Shown here: positions 19,069 through 28,799 of the stretch, in pieces
Numbering within the stretch: position 1 is the first letter of the stretch
How the letters are laid out: every line of letters begins with the position of its first letter
Source: an uncultured Pelagibacteraceae bacterium
GTDB taxonomy: Bacteria; Pseudomonadota; Alphaproteobacteria; Pelagibacterales; Pelagibacteraceae
Assembly: GCA_902634885.1 (NCBI GenBank)
Contig: CACPLR010000001.1
Span: forward strand, 16,170 to 80,169
DNA: 64,000 nt
Direction of reading: 5' to 3'
The notes under the pieces: model-generated
The model's database searches: none
Told to the model about the DNA's origin: nothing
What the model saw: only the letters and a program-made list of their open reading frames with translations
Position numbers and translations under genes: made by a program

Positions 19069-19419
19069 ATGAAAGTATCTGCAACAAATTCAGCGTTAAA
19101 CTTGTTATCTGAACTCCAAGAAAGATATGGTGAAAAATTAATGTTTCATCAATCTGGTGGATGCTGCGATGGTAGTGCACCTATGTGTTTTCAGGAGGGT
19201 GAATTTCCTTTAGGTGATAATGATGTAAAATTAGGAGAAATTGGGGGAGTGCCTTTTTACATGAATGGTGATCAGTATGAAAAATGGAAACATACTGATC
19301 TAACAATTGACGCTGTTAAAGGAATAGGTGGAATGTTCTCATTGGATAATGGAACAGGTCGCAGATTCCTGACTAAATCAGAAATCTGCCTAGTTGTAGA
19401 TAACGACGAAAAAAAATAA
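19069..19419 (+). CDS. DUF779 family protein
   Basis: MFHQSGGCCDGSAPMC, QYEKWKHT.L.ID, G.GGMFSL..G.G.RFL; start set at MKVSAT (19069), outside the hairpin. Confidence 0.9.
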   Translation: MKVSATNSALNLLSELQERYGEKLMFHQSGGCCDGSAPMCFQEGEFPLGDNDVKLGEIGGVPFYMNGDQYEKWKHTDLTIDAVKGIGGMFSLDNGTGRRFLTKSEICLVVDNDEKK

Positions 19420-19423
19420 TTAC

Positions 19424-19741
19424 CTATTGTCCTGGTGGTTTGTAACCTATCTGACTCGCTTTAGTCGTTGCTTTCGTAAAGTCGATTGCCTCTAACATTG
19501 TCATATTTTTAACAGCGCCAGATGCTTCAACAACTAATTTAATAGCAGCGAAATTTTCAAACGTTCCAATATCAGTCACAACAATAAAATCATATGAACC
19601 TCTAACAATGTCCATACTATGAATTGTTCCACCAACTGCTTTTGTTAATTGTTCTACAACTGCTTTTCTATCACTTGTAGGATCCTTCATGAAACCTTGA
19701 AAAGCTTTTTCTGTGTAATTGCCCATTATATATGCTTTCAT
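19424..19741 (-). CDS. GYD domain protein (dimeric alpha-beta barrel)
   Basis: YT...F.G....P.DR....EQL...VGG, GSYDFIV; SD GGAG upstream. Confidence 0.8.
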   Translation of the reverse strand: MKAYIMGNYTEKAFQGFMKDPTSDRKAVVEQLTKAVGGTIHSMDIVRGSYDFIVVTDIGTFENFAAIKLVVEASGAVKNMTMLEAIDFTKATTKASQIGYKPPGQ

Positions 19742-19811
19742 TATAACTCCTTTTTTTTTAAAAATATTTTAACCTAAAAAATTAAATTTTAAAAATTTTC
19801 AGAGAAGTTTT

Positions 19812-22586
19812 TTAGTTTCTTACAATTTCAGCTTGTTTTTCGGATGGAGAAATTTCTGTTTTAAATTTATTTGATATTTTTTGAACTTGAACTGCAGAAA
19901 CTTTATATTCTGCACATTTAGTCTCTTCATCTTTACCATCACCTGTAACCATATTTACCATGTGTTCTGGAAAATGGAAAGTTGTGAATACAATTCCCTC
20001 TTTTACTTTGTCTGTTACTTCAACTTTTAATGAAACCTCACCTCTGCCTGAGTATAGTCTCGCTATATCGCCATTATTTAATTCTCTTTCTTTAGCATCT
20101 ATAGGGTTCACTAATAATATATCCTCATCAACAATATTTAAATTTTTAGTTCTTCTTGTCATAGTTGCTGCGTTATAATGTTGTAAAACTCTACTAGTGG
20201 TAAGAATTAGTGGATACTCTTTAATATTATTTTTGATTTCTGTAGACTCTTTCCAGTCAAAAGACTTTAATCTTCCTTTTCCAAGCTTAAACTCTTTTTC
20301 ATGTAAAATTTTTGTGTCTGTTCCATCTTCTTTTACTGGCCACTGTAATCCAAGTTTACCTAGTCTCTCTCTAGTAATTCCCTTAAAGAACGGAACAACA
20401 TCCGCAACTTCTGCTAACACTTGATCAGCATCATAAGTTGGCTGATCATATCCAAGTTTTTGCATCATTTCAGTAACAATGACACCATCTGGTTTTGTGC
20501 CTGGTAAAGGTTCAGCGGCTTTGTTAACTCTTTGAACTCTTCTTTCTGTGTTTGTAAAAGTACCGTCTTTTTCTAAAAATGTTGTTCCTGGAAGAACTAC
20601 ATCTGCTAATTTAGCTGTTTCACTCATAAATATCTCTTGAACAACTAATAAATCTAAAGACTCCATTGCTTTAATTACATGCGCACTGTTTGGATCAGTT
20701 TGAACAATATCTTCTCCAATAATCCATAATCCTTTAACTTCCTTATTTATTGCTGCATCAAATATTTCTGGGATTTTCAATCCAGCTTTTGTTGGGTGGA
20801 CTGCACCATATTTTTCAGTGTAAAAATCTTGAATTTTTTTATCAGCTACTGGGAAATAACCAGCACCTTGGTGAGGTTGGCACCCCATATCCGCAGCCCC
20901 TTGAACATTGTTCTGACCTCTTAAAGGATTAACTCCAACACCTCTTCTTCCTATGTTGCCAGTAATCATTGCAAGGTCTGCAATCAACATCACAGTTTTA
21001 GAACCTTGTTCGTGCTCGGTAACTCCTAAACCATGGAACTCCATAGAATTTTTTGCTGTTGCATATGCAATGGCTGCTTCTTTAACTAATTGTTTATCAA
21101 CACCAGCAACACTTGCTAGATGATCAATATCTAAACCATTAATATGATTTAAAAATTCATCAAACCCTTCAGTTCTGTTTTCAACAAAATCTTTTTTTAA
21201 TAAGTTTCCTTTAATAATGTAGTAAAGCATCATGTTTAGAACAGCAACGTTTGTTCCAGGTCTTAATCTAATATGATAATCAGCAAGTTTAGCAATATCA
21301 GTAATAATTGGATCAAGTACAATTAATTTTTTACCTTTCATAACCTGTTGTTTAATTTTTGCACCAGTTACAGGATGAGCATTAGTTGGATTTGCACCAA
21401 TGACTAAAAATAAATCAGCGTGATAAATATCTTCTGTAGAGTTGGTTGCTGCTCCAGTTCCAAAAGTTTGTTGCATTCCCCATGCAGTAGGCGAATGACA
21501 AATTCTTGCACAGCAATCTATATTATTTGTTCCAATTGCTGCTCTTATCATTTTTTGAAACACATAATTTTCTTCATTAGTGCATCTTGCTGAAGAAATA
21601 CCAGCAATAGCATCTGGTCCACTCTCTTTTTTAATCTTTTCTAATTTTTGCTTTATATATTCGTAAGCATCATCCCAAGAAGCTTCTTCAAATTTTCCAT
21701 TTCTCTTAATCAAAGGACTTCTTAGTCTGTCTGGGTGATCATAAAAACCAAACGCATATCTTCCTTTGATACATGTATGTCCAGCGTTTACCTCAGTTTC
21801 TTTTGGGGTATCTATTGCAACAACTTTTCCATCTTTTACAGAGGTCTCTAAATTACAACCAACACCACAGTATGAACATGTAGTTCTAACTTTTTTATCA
21901 ACTTTTACAGATTTAGATTGAAATACATCTGAAATAGCATCTGTTGGACAAGTGTGAGCGCAAGCACCACAAGATACACATGATGAATCTCCAAAGAGCA
22001 TATCATTATCAGTAGTAATTCTAGACTCAAAACCTCTTCCACTCATTGTCAAAACAAATGAACCTTGAATTTCATCACATGCTCTTACACATCTTCCACA
22101 ATTTATACAGTTGTCTAAATTCATTCTCATGTAAGAGTGAGAAGTATCTTTTGGAGTTCCTTTATTTTGTTTGGGGTTATTATATCTATGATCGCTTATT
22201 CCTAAGTCATTTGCTACAGTTTGAAGTTCACAATTTTTATCTACTTCACAAGTATCACAATTCATTGGATGGTCTGTCAAAACTAACTCGACAATGTTTT
22301 TTCTTAAATTTTGTAATCCCTCATTGCTTGTAAATATGTGTTGGTTTTCCCCAACAGGTGTATGACATGATGCAACTACTTTAGTTGGACCGTCTTTTTC
22401 TAGAGCAACTTCAACAGAGCAAACTCTGCATGCACCATAAGGTGCAAGGTTAGGATCGTCACATAGTGTTGGTACCTTCTTTTCTCCTAAATAGCTTTTT
22501 ACAAATTTTAAAATGGACGTATGATTTTGCCCTATTTCATAGGGTTTTCCATCTATATAGGCAACTTTTCTTTTTTCCGCACTCAT
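19812..22586 (-). CDS. fdhF: Formate dehydrogenase alpha subunit (Mo/W-bisPGD, Cys-ligated, FdsA/FDH1 type)
   Basis: 2Fe-2S GACRVC, two 4Fe-4S motifs (CINCGRCVRAC, CVSCGACAHTCP), CSYCGVGC, CARICHSPT, PLRGQNNVQG. Confidence 0.95.
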   Translation of the reverse strand: MSAEKRKVAYIDGKPYEIGQNHTSILKFVKSYLGEKKVPTLCDDPNLAPYGACRVCSVEVALEKDGPTKVVASCHTPVGENQHIFTSNEGLQNLRKNIVELVLTDHPMNCDTCEVDKNCELQTVANDLGISDHRYNNPKQNKGTPKDTSHSYMRMNLDNCINCGRCVRACDEIQGSFVLTMSGRGFESRITTDNDMLFGDSSCVSCGACAHTCPTDAISDVFQSKSVKVDKKVRTTCSYCGVGCNLETSVKDGKVVAIDTPKETEVNAGHTCIKGRYAFGFYDHPDRLRSPLIKRNGKFEEASWDDAYEYIKQKLEKIKKESGPDAIAGISSARCTNEENYVFQKMIRAAIGTNNIDCCARICHSPTAWGMQQTFGTGAATNSTEDIYHADLFLVIGANPTNAHPVTGAKIKQQVMKGKKLIVLDPIITDIAKLADYHIRLRPGTNVAVLNMMLYYIIKGNLLKKDFVENRTEGFDEFLNHINGLDIDHLASVAGVDKQLVKEAAIAYATAKNSMEFHGLGVTEHEQGSKTVMLIADLAMITGNIGRRGVGVNPLRGQNNVQGAADMGCQPHQGAGYFPVADKKIQDFYTEKYGAVHPTKAGLKIPEIFDAAINKEVKGLWIIGEDIVQTDPNSAHVIKAMESLDLLVVQEIFMSETAKLADVVLPGTTFLEKDGTFTNTERRVQRVNKAAEPLPGTKPDGVIVTEMMQKLGYDQPTYDADQVLAEVADVVPFFKGITRERLGKLGLQWPVKEDGTDTKILHEKEFKLGKGRLKSFDWKESTEIKNNIKEYPLILTTSRVLQHYNAATMTRRTKNLNIVDEDILLVNPIDAKERELNNGDIARLYSGRGEVSLKVEVTDKVKEGIVFTTFHFPEHMVNMVTGDGKDEETKCAEYKVSAVQVQKISNKFKTEISPSEKQAEIVRN

Positions 22587-24244
22587 TAATTATCCTTTAC
22601 TATATCATTTTTAATTTCATCACCAAAATACTTTAATATGTTCATTATGGGTGTTGGTATCGCTCCACAAAGCGCACATAAGCATCCTTTTTGCATGGTA
22701 ACTAATAATTCATTCAAAAGTTTAAGTGGAATTTTAGATGTTCCTTTTTTTAACTGATCAAACATTTCTTTTCCTCTGTAAGATCCAATTCTTCCAGGAA
22801 AGCATTTTCCACATGACTCTTCAGCTGAAAACTCAAATAAGTGATGAATGTATTCAGCCATATTAAAATCTTTAGGAATACTAACAACGCTCGCATGTCC
22901 TAACATAAAACCTGCTTTAGTAAATTCTTGGAAATCTAAATTTAGCTTTTCGATTTCTGATATAGGCACAACTCCACCTAATGGACCACCAATTTGGAAT
23001 GCTTTTACATCTTCTTTGTATCCACCACCATATTCTTCAAATATTTTTTTCATTGGTGTTCCCATATCAATCTCATAAACACCAGGATTATTAAAAAAAC
23101 TATCTAGACAAACTAATTTTGTTCCAGCGGATTTTTTATTTCCAACTGATGAAAATTTTTCTGCTCCATTAAGTAAAATTCCAGTTGCAGCTGCTAATGT
23201 TTCTACATTGTTAACTACAGTTGGTTTTTTATATAATCCTTCTGTTACAGGGAATGGAGGTCTTACATCTACTTCTGCTCTTCTACCTTCAATAGATGCG
23301 ATTAAAGCTGTTTCTTCTCCACAAATATAAGCACCTTGCCCAATACAAATATTCAAATCAAAAGAAAATTCTGTTCCTAATATTTTTTCACCTAATAATC
23401 CTGCTTCTTTTAATGAATTAATACATCCATTAATTGCTTCAATTGATTTTGGATATTCACCTCTTATATAAAGTACTCCTTCATTGCTACCAATCACATA
23501 ACCACATATAACCATTCCAAATAAAACTTTTAAAGGTTGGTCTTCTAGTAAATATCTATCTGAGAAAGCACCAGAGTCTCCTTCATCAGCATTACAAACT
23601 ACATATTTTTTTTCTGATTTTGTTTTACTACAGAAATCCCATTTCATTCCTGTTGGAAATCCTGCACCACCTCTACCTGTAAGATTAGAAGATAATAACG
23701 AGTTTATGATTTCTTTTTTATCCGTTTTAATAAATTTTTCTAAATGCTCTTTGAATTGATCAAAGTTTGATAATTTATCATCCATTAAAAAACTTGTTGT
23801 TGCAAAACTTTTTGAAAAGAATTTTTCTTGTTTTATTTTTTCACCTTTAATGATTTGATCTATTTGATTGATATCATTACCTGCATAATTTTCTCCATCA
23901 TAGTGAAACGCATGATTTTCATAGCAATGACCAAGACAAAACATCTCGCCAACTTTATCCTCACCTAATTTTTCTTGTAATTTTTTCTTTAAAGGTTCTT
24001 GTGTACCTGCACACATACAAGCACTTCCATTACATACAAATGCTTTCTTCTCTCTGTGCGAGGGTCTTAAAAATTCGTAAAAACTTTCCGCTCCGTGAAT
24101 AGTTGAAACACCCATTTTGTATTCTTCTGCTATTTCCTTCATTCCTGCATCATCTTTAGAATTCAAGGATCTTTCAGATAGCTTTTGAAATAGGTTATTT
24201 TTTAATCCTATTCTTCCGGACAAATTACTTATGTTTTTAGACAT
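22586..24244 (-). CDS. Formate dehydrogenase beta subunit, NuoE-NuoF fusion (FMN/NAD-binding)
   Basis: N-terminal VCNGSAC...CLGHC (NuoE-like 2Fe-2S), GRGGAGFPTG.KW, NADEGD, GAYICGEETAL, ESCGKCFPGR...GCLC. Confidence 0.92.
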   Translation of the reverse strand: MSKNISNLSGRIGLKNNLFQKLSERSLNSKDDAGMKEIAEEYKMGVSTIHGAESFYEFLRPSHREKKAFVCNGSACMCAGTQEPLKKKLQEKLGEDKVGEMFCLGHCYENHAFHYDGENYAGNDINQIDQIIKGEKIKQEKFFSKSFATTSFLMDDKLSNFDQFKEHLEKFIKTDKKEIINSLLSSNLTGRGGAGFPTGMKWDFCSKTKSEKKYVVCNADEGDSGAFSDRYLLEDQPLKVLFGMVICGYVIGSNEGVLYIRGEYPKSIEAINGCINSLKEAGLLGEKILGTEFSFDLNICIGQGAYICGEETALIASIEGRRAEVDVRPPFPVTEGLYKKPTVVNNVETLAAATGILLNGAEKFSSVGNKKSAGTKLVCLDSFFNNPGVYEIDMGTPMKKIFEEYGGGYKEDVKAFQIGGPLGGVVPISEIEKLNLDFQEFTKAGFMLGHASVVSIPKDFNMAEYIHHLFEFSAEESCGKCFPGRIGSYRGKEMFDQLKKGTSKIPLKLLNELLVTMQKGCLCALCGAIPTPIMNILKYFGDEIKNDIVKDN

Positions 24245-24256
24245 GCTCTTTATAAA

Positions 24257-25096
24257 TTAGCTCAATATTACTCTTTTTTTATTATTATAAATATTAAAGC
24301 CACTTTCTTTTACAAAACCTAATAGAGTCATGTCAAAACGTTTAGCTAGATCCACTGCGAGACTCGTAGGCGCACCCACACCAGCCATAATACCAATATT
24401 TGCCATTAATCCCTTTTGAACTAGCTCAAAATTCAACCTTCCAGAGCAGGCAATAAACTGAGCCTTTATATTAAGCAGTCTATTTTGAATAGCATGACCT
24501 AATAATTTGTCTAAAGCATTATGTCTACCAACATCTTCACGAGTCGCTATTACTGTACCTACTTCATCAATTAATACACTAGCATGAATTCCACCAGTTT
24601 TTGCAAACTCAGACTGTTCATTCATCAATAGACTTGGAGATTTTAAAATTATTTCCTCTTTTATTTTTGGAAAATGTGAATCTAATTTATCATTTTTTAA
24701 TACTTCAATTGAGTCTAATGAAGTCTTTCCACATACTCCACATGAGGAGTTTGTTACAAAGTTTCTTTTTAATTTACCAATATCTAAATTATCTGTTTTA
24801 TTTATTGTAGCTTCAATAACGTTATGTAAATTATAATCTCCAACAGGATCACCAATGTGTTGAACGCTATCTATTTCATCCATATTCTCAATTATTCTTT
24901 CATTAAATAAAAATCCTCTAATTAAATCTTCATCATTTCCAGGTGTCCTCATTGTTATAGATATATTTTGCGTTTCAATTTTTCCATTCTTTTTATATTT
25001 AAGACGCATTTCTAAAGGTTCCTCAACAGATACAGCATCTTTTACAATTTCTTCTTTAGAACCTTTAATTTTTGATACGTTGTATTTTATGTCCAT
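24257..25096 (-). CDS. fdhD: Formate dehydrogenase accessory sulfurtransferase
   Basis: TMRTPG, SSCGVCGK, TGGIHA, EDVGRHNALDKL, SGRLNFELVQK. Confidence 0.96.
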   Translation of the reverse strand: MDIKYNVSKIKGSKEEIVKDAVSVEEPLEMRLKYKKNGKIETQNISITMRTPGNDEDLIRGFLFNERIIENMDEIDSVQHIGDPVGDYNLHNVIEATINKTDNLDIGKLKRNFVTNSSCGVCGKTSLDSIEVLKNDKLDSHFPKIKEEIILKSPSLLMNEQSEFAKTGGIHASVLIDEVGTVIATREDVGRHNALDKLLGHAIQNRLLNIKAQFIACSGRLNFELVQKGLMANIGIMAGVGAPTSLAVDLAKRFDMTLLGFVKESGFNIYNNKKRVILS

Positions 25097-25560
25097 TTTT
25101 GAGGGTACTTTTTCTTTAATACAAACTTATTGATAACTATCCCAAATACCAAAACAATTATTGATCCAAGTATAATTGGACTTAACAAATAATCGTAAGA
25201 AACACTTCCAATGATAACTATAATCGGATTTCCTCCTGCTGGTGGATGAGTAACATCTATAAGTATCATTAAACCAACTCCTAAGCCCACACCTATCGGA
25301 ATAGTTACATAAATTGGAAGTGGTACAAAATTTAAAACAATAATTCCAACAACAGATGTTAAAAAATGACCAAAAAATATATTTTTAGGCTGTGCAAAAG
25401 GACTTTCTGGAAATCCATACAATAAAACCATTGATGATCCAAATGATGCAATTAAAAATAAACCATATGTAGTTTTGTAAGTTAAATAAGTTAAAGCGCC
25501 TATTGTGATTGCAGAAAAAAGTCCTGCTAGTAAAGATTTAATTAATTTATCTTTTTTCAT
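25087..25560 (-). CDS. HPP family membrane protein
   Basis: IASFGSS.VLLYG.PESPFAQP and THPPAGG motifs. Confidence 0.9.
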   Translation of the reverse strand: MKKDKLIKSLLAGLFSAITIGALTYLTYKTTYGLFLIASFGSSMVLLYGFPESPFAQPKNIFFGHFLTSVVGIIVLNFVPLPIYVTIPIGVGLGVGLMILIDVTHPPAGGNPIIVIIGSVSYDYLLSPIILGSIIVLVFGIVINKFVLKKKYPQKWT

Positions 25561-25960
25561 GTGAAGATTTTAAGGCTTTTGCCAATGTTTTGAAAGGTAA
25601 CAGAAGACACTCTTTTCTTGAGATATTTTTTTTATTAAAAAGTTTTTCTAATATTTTCCACTCGTTTGGAAATTTTTCAGATGCATTCTCAAAAAAATTA
25701 TTAGCAATAGCTATAATTTCTCTCATTTTTTTAATAGACTTGTTTATAGACTTTTTTGACAAAATACTTGCTGAAGCTTGGCAGTAAATACATGATTTAC
25801 ATTCATAAGCAAAATCAGTAATTTTCTCACCTTTAATCATAAGACTAACATTCATTTCATCTCCACATAAAGGGTTTTTAAATTTAGCAAAATGAGAGCT
25901 TTCTTTTAAAACTTTATGATTTTTAGTATCTGAAGCAATTTTTAAAATTTCTAAGTCCAT
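25547..25960 (-). CDS. NifU/IscU/SufU-like Fe-S scaffold or sulfur-transfer protein
   Basis: NPLCGDE, CIYCQASAS, RKECLLLP (three conserved Cys). Confidence 0.8.
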   Translation of the reverse strand: MDLEILKIASDTKNHKVLKESSHFAKFKNPLCGDEMNVSLMIKGEKITDFAYECKSCIYCQASASILSKKSINKSIKKMREIIAIANNFFENASEKFPNEWKILEKLFNKKNISRKECLLLPFKTLAKALKSSHEKR

Positions 25961-26004
25961 TTATTGATCTTTATTAAAAAGATATATGACTTATATTTAA
26001 TTTG

Positions 26005-26604
26005 ATGAGCGAAAACAATGTTTTGCCAGTCATATTAGCTGGTGGAAAATCAAGAAGGTTTGGTGGGAATAAAGCAAATGCCAAATTGGGAGATTTAACT
26101 TTAATCGATCATACAATTCAAAAACTTAAGACTAGATTTAAAGAAATTTTAATCATCTCAAATGAGGAAAGTAACAAAGAAATAAGCAATGTTTTTTACT
26201 CAAATGATGTTATGGATGGACAGCTAGGACCTTTAGTTGGTGTTCTATCTTCAATGGAATGGATAATAGATAATTCAAAAAATTATAAGTGGATTATGAC
26301 ATTTCCTTGTGACACACCTTTTTTCAAAATTGAAATTATTGATCAAATGATGACCGCTCAAAGACACTCTAGTAAAAAATTATTTTTTTTAAAAAGTGGT
26401 GAAAAAAGACACAATATTTTTGGCTTATGGTCAGCGGAGCTTAAAGATCAATTAAGAAAAGACTTAGAGGGAGGGGATAGAAAAGTTGAAGATTGGGCTA
26501 ATAAAATTGGAACAGAAATAATTGAATTAGATCCTAAAGACGATAATAGTTTTTTAAACATAAATACTAAAATAGATTTAGAGGAAGCGTCTAAAAAGAT
26601 ATGA
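26005..26604 (+). CDS. mobA: Molybdenum cofactor guanylyltransferase
   Basis: ILAGGKSRRFGGNKA, GPLVG, PCDTPF, FLNINT; ATG at 26005 follows the track's TTG at 26002. Confidence 0.93.
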   Translation: MSENNVLPVILAGGKSRRFGGNKANAKLGDLTLIDHTIQKLKTRFKEILIISNEESNKEISNVFYSNDVMDGQLGPLVGVLSSMEWIIDNSKNYKWIMTFPCDTPFFKIEIIDQMMTAQRHSSKKLFFLKSGEKRHNIFGLWSAELKDQLRKDLEGGDRKVEDWANKIGTEIIELDPKDDNSFLNINTKIDLEEASKKI

Positions 26605-27842
26605 ATTCTTATAAAGCAGCTATAGGTAAATTGAATAACAATTCATTAGAAATTGGCAGTGAAATTGTTTCAATAAAAGATGCTTTAAATAGAGTATCGA
26701 GCGAAGAGGTAATTGCTAAATCTGATTATCCTGCTGATGATAATACAGCGTTCGATGGTTTTGCAGTAAATTCAAAAGAAACAAAAAATACATTTCAAAA
26801 GTTTAAAATTCTTAAAACTGTTGCAGCAGGGGACAACCCTTATATTAAAAAAGTTCCAAAATTATCATGTATTGAGGTAATGACTGGTGCAATTATTAAA
26901 AAACCTTTTGATACCATTATTCCAATTGAGGATATTGAGTTTTTTCCAAGTAAACAAAATGCAAAATATATAATTATTAATAAAAAAATTAAAAAATCAG
27001 AATTTATTAGACCAAAAGGCTCAGATTATAAAAAAGGAAATAAAATAATTAGAAAAGGAGAATTAATAAATCCTGCTCATATCTTATCTTTAAAAACGTT
27101 AGGTATAGATAAAGTCTTAGTTAAAAAGAAAGTAAATATAGTCTTTTATCCATCAGGAAATGAATTATCTGATAAAAAAAATATACCATCGTGGAAAATA
27201 AGAAATTCAAATACAATTTATTTAAACTCTTTGATCAAAAGTTTACCCGTAAATTTTACAATTCAAAAAATCTTAAGAGATAAAGATCAAAAATTATTTA
27301 AAGAACAAATATCCAAACAATTAAAGTCTAAAACAGACATCTTAATTACTTCTGGAGCCGTCTCTAAAGGAAAATTTGATTTTATTCCGAGTATTATTAA
27401 TCAATTTAAACTTAAAAGTCACTTTAAAGGAGTTGCAATTAGACCAGGAAAACCAATCATGTTTGCAAAATTTAATAATAACAAATGTTTTTTTGGTTTA
27501 CCAGGCAATCCCATTTCCTCAGTTGCTTGTTTTAGATTTTTTGTAATTCCGTTGTTATTTAAATCTTTAGGTTTAAAAGTAGAAAAGCCAATATTTGCAA
27601 AACTAAAAAATAAATTTTCCAAAAAGAAAAAATTTACAAGATTTGTTAAAGGAAAAATAAGTTTTGACAAAAAAGGGTTTGTACAATTTGAGGTATTTGA
27701 GGGACAAGAGTCTTATAAAATCGAGCCTTTTGTTAAATCTAACGCTTGGGGTGTATTTAAAGATGGTGTTTCAGTATTCAATAAAGGAAATTTAATAGAT
27801 GTTTACTCAGCATCAGGTCTAAATGAATTTTTGATCAACTAA
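26601..27842 (+). CDS. moeA: Molybdopterin molybdotransferase
   Basis: TAFDGFAV, VMTGA, SGNEL, ITSGAVSKG.FD, IRPGKP, GLPGNPIS. Confidence 0.93.
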   Translation: MNSYKAAIGKLNNNSLEIGSEIVSIKDALNRVSSEEVIAKSDYPADDNTAFDGFAVNSKETKNTFQKFKILKTVAAGDNPYIKKVPKLSCIEVMTGAIIKKPFDTIIPIEDIEFFPSKQNAKYIIINKKIKKSEFIRPKGSDYKKGNKIIRKGELINPAHILSLKTLGIDKVLVKKKVNIVFYPSGNELSDKKNIPSWKIRNSNTIYLNSLIKSLPVNFTIQKILRDKDQKLFKEQISKQLKSKTDILITSGAVSKGKFDFIPSIINQFKLKSHFKGVAIRPGKPIMFAKFNNNKCFFGLPGNPISSVACFRFFVIPLLFKSLGLKVEKPIFAKLKNKFSKKKKFTRFVKGKISFDKKGFVQFEVFEGQESYKIEPFVKSNAWGVFKDGVSVFNKGNLIDVYSASGLNEFLIN

Positions 27843-27887
27843 TCGTATTTTCTTGTCTCAAATTTAAAATAAGATTAATAATTCGGG

Positions 27888-28793
27888 ATGCTCGATCTAA
27901 AAAATCCAAAAGTTGCAATACCAATAGTTCTTTTTGCTGGACTGTTATGGTCTTTTGGACCTTATGTTGTAAGGCATATTGATCAACCCCAGTTAGTTCC
28001 TTGGCAATATTTATTTACAAGGGGATTAGTAATATTCATTCTATTAAATCTTTATCTATATTTTGAAGAAGGATTAGATTTTTATAAAAACTATTTTAAA
28101 GTTGGTATTTCTGGTGTTTTAGGTGGCATTGGATTAGGCACAGCAATGATGACTTTTATATGGTCAATCACAAATACTAGTGCTGCAGTAACCCTTTTAT
28201 GTTTAGCTGCAATGCCATTTATAACAGCGTTGTTAGGTTTTTTATTTTTAAGAGAAAAAATCTCACTTACAGTTTGGGTGGCAATTTTAGTTGCAACATT
28301 TGGAATTGTTGTAATGGCATTTGGAACTGGCGGTAAAAACTCTCTTCCAGGTCTTGTCTTTGGTTTAGCATCTGCTCTTGGATTTTCTGTTTTTTCTGTA
28401 ACTTTGCGTTGGAGAAAAGAAACACCTAAATTTACAACAGTAGCAATTGCAGGTTTATTTTGTTGTTTATTTTCATCGATAATGTTGATTTTAAATGATA
28501 GCCAATTTTTATCTTCTAGTAAAAATGAAGCTTTGTTTGCAACTCATGGAACTTTAGTTTGTGCAGGTTTGATACTATACTCAATTGGTTCAAAAAATAT
28601 TCCTGCCGCAGATTTAACCTTGTTATCTTTGACAGAAGTAATTGGAGGAATATTTTGGGTTTGGTTACCATGGCTTGGTATCAATGAAGTTCCAGCAACA
28701 AACACAATTATTGGTGGTTTTTTTATATTTATTGCAATTTTCTATTACAGCATGATCATGCAATCCAATAGAAGGTTTATTGGTTTAAATTAA
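27888..28793 (+). CDS. DMT/EamA family transporter
   Basis: About 10 TM helices, WQYLFTRG, FLFLREK, LTEVIGGIFWVW; first gene of the creatinase operon. Confidence 0.85.
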   Translation: MLDLKNPKVAIPIVLFAGLLWSFGPYVVRHIDQPQLVPWQYLFTRGLVIFILLNLYLYFEEGLDFYKNYFKVGISGVLGGIGLGTAMMTFIWSITNTSAAVTLLCLAAMPFITALLGFLFLREKISLTVWVAILVATFGIVVMAFGTGGKNSLPGLVFGLASALGFSVFSVTLRWRKETPKFTTVAIAGLFCCLFSSIMLILNDSQFLSSSKNEALFATHGTLVCAGLILYSIGSKNIPAADLTLLSLTEVIGGIFWVWLPWLGINEVPATNTIIGGFFIFIAIFYYSMIMQSNRRFIGLN

Positions 28794-28799
28794 TTTTTT

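Noticed and set aside
19812-22586. Selenocysteine in the FDH alpha subunit
   Set aside because: The metal ligand motif reads CARICH with Cys codons, the ORF has no in-frame TGA, and no sel genes are nearby.
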